Source: Mobula hypostoma (taxonomy: Eukaryota). From it: 64,000 nt of DNA. Positions within the stretch are counted from its first letter, which is position 1. Every line of letters starts with the position of its first letter. Made by a program: the position numbers and the translations under genes. The DNA is taken from the NCBI RefSeq assembly GCF_963921235.1, contig NC_086097.1:42348001-42412000 (forward strand), given 5' to 3'. Under the pieces are notes generated by a model that made no database searches, had not been told where the DNA came from, and was given only the letters and a program-made list of their open reading frames with translations. Of the stretch, positions 49,620 through 63,504 are shown piece after piece.

Positions 49620-49865
49620 TATATGACAAATAAACTCTACTTGGACTTCCAATCGGGTACAGATGTCATCGCAGAAGGAAGGCTAAAGAATAAAGAAACC
49701 TTACCTTCTCTTTACGCAATGATTCAAAGCGATGGATATTGTGGTTAACTTCCTCCCCATAGCGGTAAGTGAAAAAGGATCTAGTGCTTTCTCAGCATAC
49801 AGTATATGACGAGTAAACTCTTCAGGTCTGCACCTGGCTGGAAGCCTGAGAAGAGTTTATTTGTT
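49620..49865 (-). mobile_element. Remnant of a second PLE-like family: ORF N-terminus plus inverted terminal repeat
   Basis: Minus strand reads RSFFTYRYGEEVNHNIHRFESLRKEKVRFLYSLAFLLR; direct repeat TATATGAC..[A/G]TAAACTCT at 49620 and 49803; inverted arm AAACTCTTC/GAAGAGTTT. Confidence 0.55.
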
Positions 49866-50690
49866 AAAGTACACATATGTCCTCATATACTACCCTGAGT
49901 TTCATTTTCTTGTGGGTATTCACAGTAAGTAAAAAGAAACACAATAGAATCAATGAAAAACTGTACGCAAAGATGGACTAACAAACAATGTGCAAAAGAC
50001 ATCAAATTGTGCAAATATTTAAAAAAATAATAATAAATGAATAAGTAATAAATATTGAGAACATGAGTTATAGAGTCCTTGAAAATGAGTCCACGAGGAG
50101 TGGAATCAGTTCAATCTTGGGGTGAGTGAAGGTTCAGGAGCCTGATGGTTGAGGGGTAATACTGTTCTTGAACCTGGTGATGTGTGACCCAAGGCTCCTG
50201 TACCTCCTTCCTAATGGTAGCAGCAAGAAGAGAGCATGGCCTGGATGGTGGGTCCTTGACGATGAGTGCCACTTTCCTGCGACGGTGCTCCTAGTAGGTG
50301 TGCTCAGTGGTGGAGAGGGCTTTACCTGTGATGGGCTGGGCTGTACCTACTACCTTTTGTGGGCATTTCTCTTCAAGGGCATTGCAGTTTCCGTACCAGA
50401 TTGTGACGCAACCAGTCAATATACACTCCGCCACATGTCTATAGAAGCTTGTCAAAGTTTTAGACAGAATGCTACATCTTCCCTAAATTCTAAGAAAGTA
50501 GAGGCACTGCCCTGCCTTCTTTCTAATGACACTTGCATGATGGACCCTTGACAGATCCTCTGAAATGATAACACTGAGGAATTTAAAGTATTGACCCTTT
50601 CCACTCTTGATCTCCTGTTGAGGACTGGCTCATGGACCTTCAGTTTCCTCCTTCTGTAATCAATAATTAACTCTTTGATTTTGATATGAG
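49866..50690 (-). mobile_element. Rex1/Babar-like LINE 3' fragment
   Basis: IKELIIDYRR in ORF 50452..50775; degenerate C-terminus and 3' UTR. Confidence 0.7.
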
Positions 50691-51344
50691 AGTCTCTGAG
50701 AATTGCAAGGATCCCCATTATACAGGATTTTTTTCTTTCATTCCATTCACATAAGGAGATTCCAGACACCAACACTTAGCTGGAATGTGATAATAAGTTT
50801 TCATTATTGTGCTGCTTTTATGCTGCCTTCATTTGACAGCAGTCAGTTGTGCATTCTCCTAACAGCAGTTCGAAATTTAAGAAGTGTCTCTTGAGTGGAA
50901 AAACAAGTCCTGACTCCAATGCATTTGTGACTGCAGTACCCACAACACTAAGTCTGAGGATTGCATCTTCCTCTACTTTTCCAGTCCTACAGCAAGCCTC
51001 GTGCTCAACAGTGGCCACGGCTTTAACAGCCAATACCATCTTCTCCATCCAAGCAAGACTGGGAATCTGTTCTGGTTGGCACGGTAGTGTAACAGTTATT
51101 ACGGTGTTCACTGTAAGATCAAAGTTTGAATCTTGCTGCTGTCTATAAGGAATTTGTACATTCTCCCCATATCTACGTAGGTTTCCTCCCACATTCCAAA
51201 GATGTTTAGATTTTATAGGCTAAGATGGGATGGTAAGTTGTGGGCATGCTATGTTTGCGCACAAAGCGTGGTGGCACTTGCAGGCTGCCAGTACAATCCT
51301 CGCCGATTTGATTTTACAAAAATGATACATTTTGTTCACTGCTA

Positions 51345-53540
51345 TGGGCAGAAGTTCCCACTTGCTTCAAAAAGGCAACAATTATACCGGTGCCTAAGAA
51401 GAATAATGTGGGCTGCCTTAATGACTATCACTCTGTAGCACTCACATCGACAGTAATGAAATGCTTGGAGAGGTTGGTCATGACTAGACTGAACTCCTGC
51501 CTTGCAATGGACCCATTGCAATTTGCCTAGCGCCACAGTAGGTCAACGGCAGATGCAATCTTAATGGCTCTCTACAGAGCTTTAGACCACCTGGACATCT
51601 ACGTCATGATGCTGTTCATCAACTACAGCTCAGCATTTAATACCATCATTCCCACTATCCTGATTGAGAAGTTGCAGAACCTGGGCCTCTGTACCTCCCT
51701 CTGCAAATGGATCCTCAACTTCCTAATCAGAAGACCACAATCTATGTGGATTGGTGATAACATATCCTCCTCGCTGACGATCAACACTGGTTCACCTCAG
51801 GAGTATGTGCTTAGCCCACTGCTCTACTCTCTGTATACACATGACTGTGTGTCTAGGCATAGCTCAAGTACCATCTATAAATTTGCTGATGATAGAACCA
51901 TTATTGGTAGAATCTCAGGTGGCGACAAGAGGGTGTACAGGAGTGAGATATGCCAACTAGTGGAGTGGTGCCACAGCAACAATCTGATACTCAACGTCAG
52001 CAAGACGAAAGAGCTGATTGTGGACTTCAGGAAGGGTAAGACAAAGGAACACACACCAATCCTCATAGGGGGATCAGAAGTGGAGAGAGTGAGCAACTTC
52101 AGGTTCCTGGGTGTCAAGATCTCTGAGGATCTAACCTGGTCCCAACATATCGATGTAATTATAAAGAAGACAAGACAGCGGCTATAGTTTACTAGGAGTT
52201 CGAAGAGATTTGGCATGTTAACAAATACACTCGAAAACTTCTATGGTTGTACAGTGGAGAGCATTCTGACAGGCTGCATCGTTGTCTGGTATGGAGGGGC
52301 TACTGCACAGGACCAAAAGAATCTGCAGAAGGTTGTAAATCTAGTCAGCTTCTTCTTGGGTACTAACCTACAAAGTACCCAGAACATCTTCAAGGAATGG
52401 TGTCTCAGAAGGGCAGCGTCCATTATTAGGAACCTCCAACACCCAGGACATGCCCTTTTCTCACTATTACCATCAGGTATGATGACGTCAACTCAGACCT
52501 GAGAGGCTAGCATCAGGCATTTTAGATTAGATTATGAGGACACGCAGTCCTCTTTTATTATCATTTAGTAATGCATGCATTAAGAAATGATACAATATTC
52601 CTCCGGTGTGATATCACAGAAACACAGAACAGACCAAGACTGAAAAACTAACAAAACCACATAATTATAACATATAGTTACAACAGTGCAACAATACCAT
52701 AACTTGATGAAGAACAGGCCGTGGCACAGTAAAAAAGTTCAAAGTCTCTCGGAAGTCCCACATCTCATGCAGACGGGAGAAGGAAGAAAACTCCCCCTGC
52801 CATGCCCAACCACAGTCCGACTCTGAGTCATCCGAAAACTTCGAACTCTGATCAGCCCTCCGACACAGAGTACCGAGCACCATCTCTACCGAAAGCTTCG
52901 ACCTCAGCCTCGGTCGCCAGCAGCAGGCAAAGCCGGGGATTTTGGGGCCTTCCCTCAGGAGATTCTCGATCGCACAGTAGAAGCAGCAGCGAACCAGCAT
53001 TTCAGAAACTTCTCCAGGTGTTCCTCTGTGCTTTCACGTCTGTCTCCATCAAATCAGAATTGTCCACGGCCTCTATTTAACAGATACGATATCATTTCAC
53101 CGGAGAGCTGTGCACGCTGCATCGCACTGCCATCCTCTCCTCCCGCCAAAAGTAGGTATTTTCATGCCGTACGAGGCGCAGTTCAAAAGGCTGTGTGGGG
53201 CACCACTCCTCGCACAGGTAGGAGGTACAGAAGCTTGAAGGCCCACACTCAGCAATTCAGGAACAGCTTCTTCCCCTCTGCCATCCGATTCCTAAATGGA
53301 CATTGAATCTTTGGACACTATCTCACTTTTTAAAAAAAATATACAGTATTTTGGTCTTGCATGTTTTTTTTAATCTATTCAATAAAAGTAATTGATTTAC
53401 TTATTTATTATTATTATTTTTATTTTATTTCTTATCATGATTTTTCTTCTCTCCGTTGGATTACGTATTGCATTGAACTGCTGCTGTTAAGTTAACAAAT
53501 TTCACGTCACATGCTGGTGATAAGCCCGATTCTGATTCTG
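51345..53540 (+). mobile_element. Rex1/Babar-like LINE with nested insertions at 52480-53215
   Basis: ORF 51564..52187 has [26 protein letters not shown] and [22 protein letters not shown] is split, with a CAGGTA duplication; (GATTCT)n tail. Confidence 0.88.
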
Positions 53541-54120
53541 TACATGTGACAAAGAAAGATAATCTTTATCTTTTTCTTCTTTTCTGTCTCATGAGGACCC
53601 ATTTTGTTCTTCGAGAGGTGGCAATGAGCATAAGTAAGCATCATGCCAACTGTGAAAGATGTGGTTGCTTCATTGAACAGTGTAGGCAAACTGTGAGTTG
53701 TGGAATTGATTACTGCAGAGCGCAAGATGCGTGAAGACAAGGGCCTTCTACTGAGGTAAGTCTCGAAGTACAGCATGTCTAGCTCTTGATGAGCATAACA
53801 ATCATTCAAATGATTCAACAGCAAGACAGTTACATACTGGCAGCATCAGAAATAACAAGAATGTGTTAATTGAGTTTTTTGATACCCCCACCTCTTTAAT
53901 AGGCCCAAAATTGATTTAATCTGATAGTATGGCCTATAGTTTTATTATACAGTTATTATCTTACTTAGATTCCTTTCACCCGCCAGATTTAAGTAACTTT
54001 TTTTTCTCTAGGCTGCCCCCATTGTATACTTCCTGACACCACACCACAAAGCATGTACAAACTTTCACCATGCAATACAGGAAGCGGCTTTCGAAGCTAT
54101 GATCAGTACTCATTGTAATG

Positions 54121-54201
54121 CAGGGGTTCCCAACCTGGGATCCACGAACCCCTCTGTTAATGGTAGGAGTCCACGGCATTGAAAAAGGTTGGGAACCCCT
54201 G
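54121..54201. mobile_element. hAT (Charlie-like) MITE
   Basis: Terminal inverted repeats CAGGGGTTCCCAACCT and AGGTTGGGAACCCCTG; 8-bp TSD TTGTAATG / TTGTAAGG. Confidence 0.85.
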
Positions 54202-56317
54202 TTGTAAGGGTTGGGTGCGTGTTCTCAGATACAGCAAGAGACCTTGTCTACGTAGTAACCCATAAATGACTTCTGTCACAATTCTTTTCAAGCCACAAAC
54301 CAATATCAACAGCAAACAGTTACATCAAGCAGCCCAGTTTAGTAGATTGACTTCAATTTCATATCAGAAACCACACCACTCTATTCCTTCCACTTCAGAT
54401 TCAACTCCACACTTGCAATAGTTTCAAGATTCTGCTTGCAACAGCGGTTCAGATGCCAAAAAAGATTTATTTTATCTAAGAGTCCACTTTATCCTTATTT
54501 CTAAACCTAATTCTGAAACATATACTCTATGACTGCTGTACAAAATAAGCTATGGAGCTAAATCCTATTATTTTGAATACTTAAAATACTAACACTGTTC
54601 CTTTCATAGAACTTTACAAAGTCTATCATTATTTTTAGGAGGATATCATTATATTCATTATATTTAGAGCATATCATCTATAATATCCTCTAGAAAATAA
54701 ACCTTAAAGGATTCTAGTTATTTGTTGTAAGAACCTGTAGAATAGTTCCTGAATACATTAAAAAAAACAGTAGTTATGTAGTTTAGACAAGGGTGAACAA
54801 CAAACATATTTCATTATTTTGGAAAAGTAATGACAAATGTTATCAGAGGTTTTGTGTAGTGTTTAAATTTCCTTGTTTGTATGCAAGAACACAAAATAGC
54901 TTTCAGCCAGCAAACACTTCAGATAATAATCTGCTGGCTTTAGTGACAATCCAAGTAACTATATATTTTTCTTACTCTGAGTTACAAACTTATGTTTTCT
55001 CCATCTGGGATGGATAACAAACCTGGAAAGTGGGTTATTTGGTCCTTTATAGCAATTGAATGTATTAAGGATTAGGGATGATTAGCATATCATTCAAAGT
55101 CCAAACCTTTGTAAACTGACTCATTTGCAGCTGACATTTGCAGAATATACAATGACATATACAATTTGCACAAATCGTTCCATGTGAGAAGAGTGATTTA
55201 TCTATTTATGAGCTTTTATTTTTAGTTGTTCAGTGTCATAGAAGCTAAAATTAGCCTCTGCTTGTGAAGCCTGAATGACAGAAACATATTTATGTTTTTG
55301 TTTCTGAATTTAAATATGGTGGTTGTCCACTCTGGCTGACGATGACAGGAAACCTGTGCAGGAGAGTTTTTAAAGTGGAAATGCCATTGCACTGGGTATT
55401 GCAATCTGCAGTACTGCCTTTCTGGCCATTGAACCTCACTGTAGATCTCATCCACCCAGTCCGTCGGAGCTGACTTTCTATGCTAGGACAGGTATGTCCC
55501 TACCTCACTGGGGTATGAGTCCACTGCTACCCTCACCTGGTTTAGGCTACCTGTTGAAGTGGTGTACCGGGGTGTGGCCGCAGCTGCAAGCTACTTGGAG
55601 CTACAGGTGAGAGCTGAGTCTCCGGTGGGGACTAAAGGTGAATGAGCTGCCCCAGAATGGACACAGCAAACCCCTTCACCGGAGATGCTACCCATATAGC
55701 CCAAACTTAAATATATTCCCTCTTTATTTATTTAAGATGACTTTCATAAAGAGATTGCAAAAATATAACTAAGCATGCCTTCACAACGATGTCTTGAAAA
55801 ATGCTTTGCAAAACTTTATGATGCTCTTACAGCGATGCCAAAGAGGAGAACACAAACTTGGGGATTTTGGATTAATTACTGAATAGGCCAATGCTTGCAA
55901 CCAGCAACAAGCCCCCATATTTACTGACCTAACTTCCTTATTTATTACATCACAGAAGGAGGCTACTCAGCATATTGGGTTCTTGCCAGCTCCCAGCTCC
56001 TAATAGAGTAACTATCAGTTTCATTTCCTACTTCTGGTGGCTCAGAAATTTACTCTCTCACATACACATCAACTCCACTTTCCATTCTTTTGCCACTTTC
56101 CTACCCTAAGGGGTAATGTTCAGAAGCCAATTGCCTTATTAGCACATCACTGGAAAGAAACTAGACAATATGGCGGAAACCCAGGGGGTTACTGGAAATA
56201 TATGCATTCTCCAAATAGACAGCAACCAAGGATAGGATCGAATCAAGGTCCCTGGATCTGTGAGGCTGCAGAACTGAACCAAGTTATTTCAGTCTGCTTG
56301 CAGGTGCCATGCCAAGT

Positions 56318-56705
56318 CGAAATAAACAAGGACACGACCCACCCAGCCAACACACTTTTCGTCCCTCTTCCCTCCGGGAGAAGGCTCAGGAGCTTGAAGA
56401 CTCATACAGCCAGATTTGGGAACAGCTTCTTTCCAACTGTGATAAGACTGCTGAATGGATCCTGACCCGGATCTGGGCCGTACCTTCCAAATATCCGGGC
56501 CTGCCTCTCGGTTTTTTTGCACTGCCTTACTTTCCATTTTTCTATTTTCTATTTATGATTTATAATTTAAATTTTTAATATTTACTAATTTTCACTATTT
56601 TTAATATTTAATATTTGTAATCCAGGGAGCAGGAAGTGCAGAATCAAATATCACTGTGATGATTGTATGTTCTAGTATCAATTGTTTGGTGACAATAAAG
56701 TATAA
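56318..56705 (+). mobile_element. Rex1-like LINE 3' end
   Basis: KDTTHPANTLFVPLPSGRRLRSLKTHTARFGNSFFPTVIRLLN followed by an AT-rich UTR. Confidence 0.8.
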
Positions 56706-57124
56706 ATGGCAAGACTATGCATGGTAACACAGCATTGTAGAGTGTAATGCCTTTGCATGGGTGGGTAAGAACATGTATCGTTCATTAAAATTTGACAGTC
56801 ATTTATTGTAGAGGTGTATCACCTTAAGGGGCCATATGAGTGACCACAGTCCTATGGGTTTAAAGGGGCCCACATGAGTGACTACCATCCTATTGGTTTA
56901 AAGGAGTGTAATAGAACTCTACTTAAGCATTGACTATGAATGTAGTGATGAAAAGGCTTTGTGCAGATTATTCTGGTAAATATATTTTTATTATCAATAA
57001 AGTTTATTTTGATGTGAAAGTAATTGACAGTCATATCAGCCATGTCCATTGGCTTTGCTGGCTGTCAAATGTGTGAATAGTTTTGAATATTTCTGTTAAT
57101 TCCTGATATTCAGAAATACATAAA

Positions 57125-57381
57125 GGAACGGTACGTCACATCCAGAGTTTCTCCGGTTAGCAGGTGATTTCCCTCCATGCCTCTCTGACATAGTGGGGAA
57201 CCGCATACGAGGCAAGTTACAGCAGTAGTTTGCCATTGCCTTCTGCTGGGTGAGTTTCCAAAGAGATTGCCAGCTCGTAACCCAGCACGGATGGAAAGCG
57301 TGCAGAGGAGCCGGCTGGATTCGAACTCGGGACCTTTGTCCCAAAGTCCAGCGCTGATGCCGCTACACCGCCAACCGGGTC
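57125..57381 (-). mobile_element. tRNA-derived SINE with an RTE-type segment
   Basis: Minus strand has B-box GAGTTCGAATCC, shares GCTTTCCATCCGTGC with the 4115 SINE, and carries GAAGGCAATGGCAAAC, typical of RTE/Bov-A-related 5' sequence. Confidence 0.7.
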
Positions 57382-58184
57382 CAGAAACCTATAATAACAT
57401 TAAAACATTGACTAAAGACAAATAAAATTGTTAAAAATATAATATGGAACAGGAGGAAGTGTTAAACAATTAAAAAACTATAAACTGAAAACAAAGCTTT
57501 GACTCTTTTCACTTCACGACCAGAACAGACCCTCTGATTCTGGTCTGACCAGACTGTGTTCCTGGCATAAGTGATAGGAATTTCACTTGTGATGTGCCAC
57601 TGGAATCTGTGAAAAGATCAACTCTGAGAGCATCAGGAATACCATGCAAAGAAAAACAACCAACAAGATTAGCATAGCCACAGTCATCTGAGAATCAAAA
57701 AATAAGTAATATTTACACAGATAAAGGCATCAGCTGGTTCATGATAATTTGGCTTCTACCTTAATATATTGCAATCTTTCTTTCAACTTGTATGTAAATA
57801 ACACTTGCAATTTTTTTTAACTTTCAAGCTTACCTGATGATTGGAAATCCATATTGTAGTGTGACACTCTGCCTGGAGCAAGACAGGTCACAAAGCACTC
57901 CAACGGGTGATGAAGACAACTCAGCATATCACTGGGACTCGACTACCAGACCTGGAGACAATCTACAATTCTCAATGGCTACAGCGTCCTCAGAACATCA
58001 TCCTGGACACTGGCTGTTCAATCTCTTACCATCTAATAGGAGATACAGAAACATCTTAGCCAAGACAGTCAGACTGAAAAACAGCTTCTTCCCAAGGGCC
58101 GTAGGTCAGAAGGAGTAGCATCGTTATGTGTAGAGCTACGAAACTGCAAGATTAAAAATACCCTGATGGAAGTTATATATAGAC

Positions 58185-61020
58185 TAGAAAAGGGCCATTT
58201 TATTCCCACTTTGTCTCCTGCCAGTCAACTAATCTTCTATCCAAGCTAGTATCTTTGCTGTAATACCATGGGCTCTTATGCTGTCAAACAGTCTCATGTG
58301 CGGCACCTCGTGAAAGATCTTCTGAAAATCCTAGTAAACAACATCCTAGTTAACTGACTCTCCTTTGTCTAACCTGCCTCAAAGAATTCAGACAGATTTG
58401 TCAGGCAAGATTTCCCCTGAAGGAACCATGCTGATTTTGGCCTATTTTATCATGTGCCTATATTAGCCCGAAACCTCATCCTTAATAATCGACTTCAACA
58501 ACTTCCCAACCACTTAGGCCAAGCTAACTGAACTATTATTTCCTGTCTTCTGCCTCCTTCCCTTATTAAAGCGTGGGGTGTCATTTGCAATTCACCTTTC
58601 CTCCAAAACCATTCCAGAATCTAGTGATTCTGGAAAGATAATTACCAATGTCTCTACGATCTGTTCAGATACCTCCTTCAGAACCCTGGGGTGTTCTCCA
58701 TTTCTTCCATGTGACTTATCCACCTTCAGACTTTTCAGCTTCCCAAGCACCTTCTCCTTAGCAACTACACCTCTGGCACGCATGAATTTCTGGCCTACTG
58801 CTGGTGCCTTCCATAGTGAAGAATGACACAAAATGCTGATTAAATTCATCCACCATTTCTTTGTCCTCCGTTACTACCTCTCTAGCTTCATTTTCCAGTG
58901 GTCCGATCGCAACTCCCTTTTACTCTTTAGGCATCTGAAAAATCGTTTTGTATCCTCTTTTATGTCATTGGTTAGATATTTTATCTTTTCGCTCCTTATG
59001 GATTTTTTCAGTTGCTTTCTGTTGGTTTATAAAAGCTTCCTCTAATCCTCTAACATTGCACACAGTTTTGCTATGTTATATGCCATATTTAATCAAAATT
59101 AAACAAATCTGCTTCCAATCCAGTCAAGTCTGGTTCATTACACAACACCCAATCCAGAATAGCTGATCCCCTAGTAGACTCAACCACAAGCTGCTCTAAA
59201 AAGCCATCTCATACGCATTCTATAAATTCTCTCCTAGGATCCAGCATCAATCTGATTTTTGCAATCTACCTGCATCTTGAAATTCCCCCTTGACTATCAT
59301 AGCATTGTCCTTGTTACACCCCTTTTCTATATCCTTTTGTAATTTATATCCAAAACCAAGCTGCTGTTTGGAGGCCGATATATAATTCCTATCAATCTTT
59401 TTACCTTTTCAGTTTCTTAACTCTACCACAAGGATTCTATGTCTTTCGATCCTATGTCACCTCTTTCTCAGGATTTGATTTCATTTTTTACAAACACAGC
59501 CACACCACCCCCTCTGCCTACCCGCCTGTCCTTTCGATTCAATGTATATTCTTAGATGTTAAGCTCCCAACTGTAATCTTCTTTCAGTCACAACTCAGTA
59601 ATGCCCACAACGTCATACCTGTCAATCTCTAGCAGTGTTACAAGATCATCTGCCTTATTCCACATACTGCGTGCATTCAAGTATAACACATTCAGTCCTG
59701 TCTTCATCACCATTTCAATTTTGCTTCCATGTTACACTTCAGCTCATCCCCTTGACTGCAATTTGGCCCTATCGTCTGCCTGCCCTTCCTCATCTTCTCA
59801 CTACACACTTGTATACCAACTGCCCCATCCTCAGCCCTTTCACTCTGGCTCCCATCCTCCTGACAAATTAGCTTAAACTGTCCCCAACAGCTCTAGCAAA
59901 CCTGCCCACAAGGATATTGGTCTCTCTTGGGTTCAGGTGTAATCTGTCCCTTTTGTACAGGTCATACCTTCCCCAGAAGAGATTCCAACCATCCAGAATT
60001 TTGAAACACTGCCCACTGTACTAATTCCTCAGCCATGAATTCATCTGCCAAATCATCCTATTCTTATCCTCACTGGCAAAGGTACAAGCAACAATCCAGA
60101 GATTACTACTCTGGAGGTCCAAATCAAACAAGAGACATCTGCAGATGCTGGAAATCCAAGCAACACGCACAAAATGCTGGAGGAACTCAGCAAGCCAGGC
60201 AGATACTTGTCGAAGGGGTTCATCCCAAAACGTCGACTGTACTCTTTTCCTAGACGCTGCCTGGCTGCTGAGTTCCTCCAGCATTTGGAGTGTACTACTG
60301 TGGAGGTCCTGCTTTTTAGATTTCCAGCTAACTCCCTATATTCTCTCTTCAGGACCTTCTCCCTTTCCTACCTATGTCGTTAGTGTCAATATGTACTACG
60401 AGTTCTGGCTGCTCATAGCCCTCCTTTAGAATACTGTGGAACCGATCCAAGGCATCCTTGACCCTGGCTCTTGGGAGGCAATACACCATCCAGGTGTCTC
60501 TCTCATGACCACAGAATTTCCTGCCCAATCCTCGAACTATGGATTCCCCTATCACCACAGTGCTCCTCTTCTTCCCCATTCCCTTCTAGAGACTTTGTGC
60601 AAGTGTAGTTATCTGGGAGGTCTCCCAGCGTTCCCACATCTGACACAAAGAACATATGACTAACTGAATCAATTTTCAGTGCACTAGTGCACAAGTGCAC
60701 TCACAAACAAAGAAAGAGGAGAAGAATCCCACAAGAAATTTACTTAGAACGCATACTTGCCCAAGCCTGTTCTCGCCCAAGCCTGTTCTCGCCCAAAACT
60801 GTTGAGCCAAAGCCTCACACTAACACTCGCCCACTCCAATAATGGCCGCTTCGTTTATACGTCCCTTCTTTTTATTGGCTTAAATAAAACTCACTTCTAA
60901 TGAGGAGTGTTCTTTTCAGGTGGCTCCCATCCTGCAACAATGTCTCTCACTCTCACTTGCTACTTCGAATAATAACTCACTGCTGATGAGACTTGTTCTT
61001 TTCAAATGGTTCCCACCGTG
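58185..61020 (-). mobile_element. CR1 LINE: 5' UTR, ORF1 (SGNH esterase) and partial ORF2
   Basis: VVIGESIVRG...LVVHIDTNDIGRK (60349..60579); LKVDKSHGRNGEHPRVLKE (58592..58849). Confidence 0.85.
60121..60292. mobile_element. PLE-derived fold-back element (variant subfamily) inserted in CR1 ORF1
   Basis: Arms ATGCTGGAGGAACTCAGCA and TGCTGAGTTCCTCCAGCAT; decayed hammerhead; TSD TACTACT(C/G)TGGAGGTCC at 60104-60120 and 60293-60309. Confidence 0.8.
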
Positions 61021-63504
61021 GAATGATGCCTTCCTAGCCTAATTACTGGACAATTTACAGTGACCAATTAATCTACTAACCGGTACATCTTTGGATGTGT
61101 GAGGAAACTGGAGCACCCAGAGGAAACCCACGAGGTCACAGAGAGCGTACAAACTCCTTACAGACAGTGCCGGAATTGAACTCTGAACTCTGGCATCCCA
61201 AGCTGTAATAGTGTCACACTAATTGCTACACTACTACAGCACCCATTTACTGTTCTTACTAACTGAGCTCACGGTTCCATCTATCACCATTAGGTAACCT
61301 ATATCATTATATCCCTGCCATATGATTTAAGTGTTTTATCAGTATTTGATCACATAATGAATAATCTGCTGGATTAGCAACACAGCTGTGGTCCAAACTC
61401 TCAATCTAGCAGCATGATAGCATGAGACAAATGAGCATTTGGACCCACAAATGTGCTGTGCTATTCAACAAGACCATGGCTCATTTTTAATCAAATGTTT
61501 TTCCGTTCCCCACCACCCAAACATTCCTTGATTCCTTCAATATCTGAAAGGGTATTGATCCCTGTTTTGAATACTGTCAATGACTGACATTTCACAGACC
61601 CCGAGAGCATAGAATCAGAAATCAGTGATCCTGAAAATCCAGGCCACGAGCCTGTGTAGTGTTTGTATTTCCTTGGTATTTTCAGAAGACATTCAAGTAC
61701 CGAAAACTTCTAAAGGTTTAATTTCAAGTTTGCCACCTGGATTTAAAACATCCTGGGAAACAGAAAAAAAAAGTGACAAATATATTGCAAAGGCTGAGTC
61801 AAGAGAAAAACCTAATGGGATCTTGAAACAATCTGTTCTGCGTGTTGTTTGCATAAATTGTATTGTATATCATGAATAATCTAACAACCGTGGTGATATG
61901 GTGCAGTTGAATAGCTAAAGAAATGACAATTATCCCGTGGCAGCTTAAGTAGTGTGATGATGGAAAGATATACTGTATTTGTTCCAGTTACGGTGATATT
62001 GACTGTCCGTGATATGTTTAAAATTGAAGCTCTGAGAAAAAAGAACGTTAGAACAAAGGAAATTCTAAAGCCACAGGAATATCTTACAGTCCATTTAAGT
62101 GCATACATCTAGGTAATGATTTATTGATACTCACTGGTAAAATAACATTTAGAGAATTTAATGGTTTATTTAATGCCATATCTTAAAAAAATGACTGAAC
62201 CTACAGGAAGAATTGGAAGGATCACCAAGAGTGCAATTCAGGAGTCAAAAATATGAAGAAAATCTCAGCAAATTAAATCTACTATCAATCAGAAGCAAAC
62301 AGAGAAAATTCATGTTTTTGGGATGTTGATACGGAAGCAAGAATAATGTAGATGATTAATGATAATTTAACTGATACTAGAATTCTAATTTTGAGGGTTT
62401 TTTTCTACTGTTACATGAGGTGAAATCTTTAAAAACAAAACAAATCTGGGATCATTCTGTAACAGAAAAGGCAAAATAAAACCTGCAGATATTTGAAATG
62501 TGAAATGAAAACAAAGAATGCTGGAAATGCTCAGTGGGCTAGTAATGAGAGGAACAGAAACATCTCAGGCCGATGACTTTTGATCGTACATTTAAAATAC
62601 TGTGTTTCTTTCTACGCTTTTGATTGCTGACCTGTTGAGAACTCCCAGCATCCTCCATTTCAGTTTTGGCTGTTGCATAACATGCTTCCTTCCATAATAA
62701 ATCTCTGTGTAAAGCATGGTTAAGGTTTTACTCCAAGTATTTAGCAAGTAGGTATTGCAGAGTTTTAAAATAGCTTTTCATGTAAGTAGCAAAGTTTGCA
62801 AAAGGCTAGGCAAAGGTATTCAAGTACATAAGGTAACTTAATAGCTTATGCAGTTCTGCTTCTGTGCAAACTAACTTTTGGATTACAAGCATGGATAATG
62901 AGGCTGAAAGCAGATTTTGCTGTTTTGCTTAATGAACTTTGAAAGTTGAGCTTCTTAGAAACTTACTACTGTATAGTTAGTTCTTTCAGGTGATAATCAG
63001 ACTGAAAATGATCAAGCAAAATTGCATGATTAGACCACTGTCACAGTGGGAGGCTTTGGTTCATCGGGCTTTAGTGAGGTATAGAAAAGTAGAAACATAG
63101 AAAACCTACAGCACAAAGCTATCAACCCACAAAGCTGTACCAAACATGTCCTTACCTTAGAAATTACCTAGGGTCACCCATAACCCTCTATTTTTCTAAG
63201 CTCCATGTATCCATCCAGGAGTCTCTTAAAAGACCCCATTGTATCCATTTCCACCACCGTCACCGGCAGTTCATTCCACGCTCTCACCACTCTCTGCGTA
63301 AAAAACTTACCCCTGACATCTCCATGTACGTGGCAAGTTTCTTCTTCATTCTTAGTCTATTAGTACATAGTTAGAACAGTGAGAATGGCTCCAGGGGCTG
63401 TGATGGGTTCTTTGTGTGAGATTTGGGAATTCTTGAAGACGTCCAGACTCCCAGATAAACACATCAACACCAGGTCCACCGAACAGCTGCCCCTCAGTCA
63501 CTCT

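Noticed and set aside
49700..49800. Apparent minus-strand host exon ending in AAG|GTAAGG
   Set aside because: The frame continues through the supposed donor as KVRFLYSLAFLLR, and it is bracketed by PLE-like terminal repeats, so a PLE ORF start explains it better.
53640..53762. Perfect donor GAG|GTAAGT after a coding-looking stretch
   Set aside because: In-frame TGA, no good acceptor pyrimidine tract, and no recognisable protein.
56824..56905. Two ~38-bp tandem units, superficially array-like
   Set aside because: Only two diverged adjacent copies with no spacers; a simple tandem duplication, not CRISPR.
60760..60810. Tandem CCCAAGCCTGTTCTCG repeats
   Set aside because: Short slippage repeat within the CR1 5' UTR.
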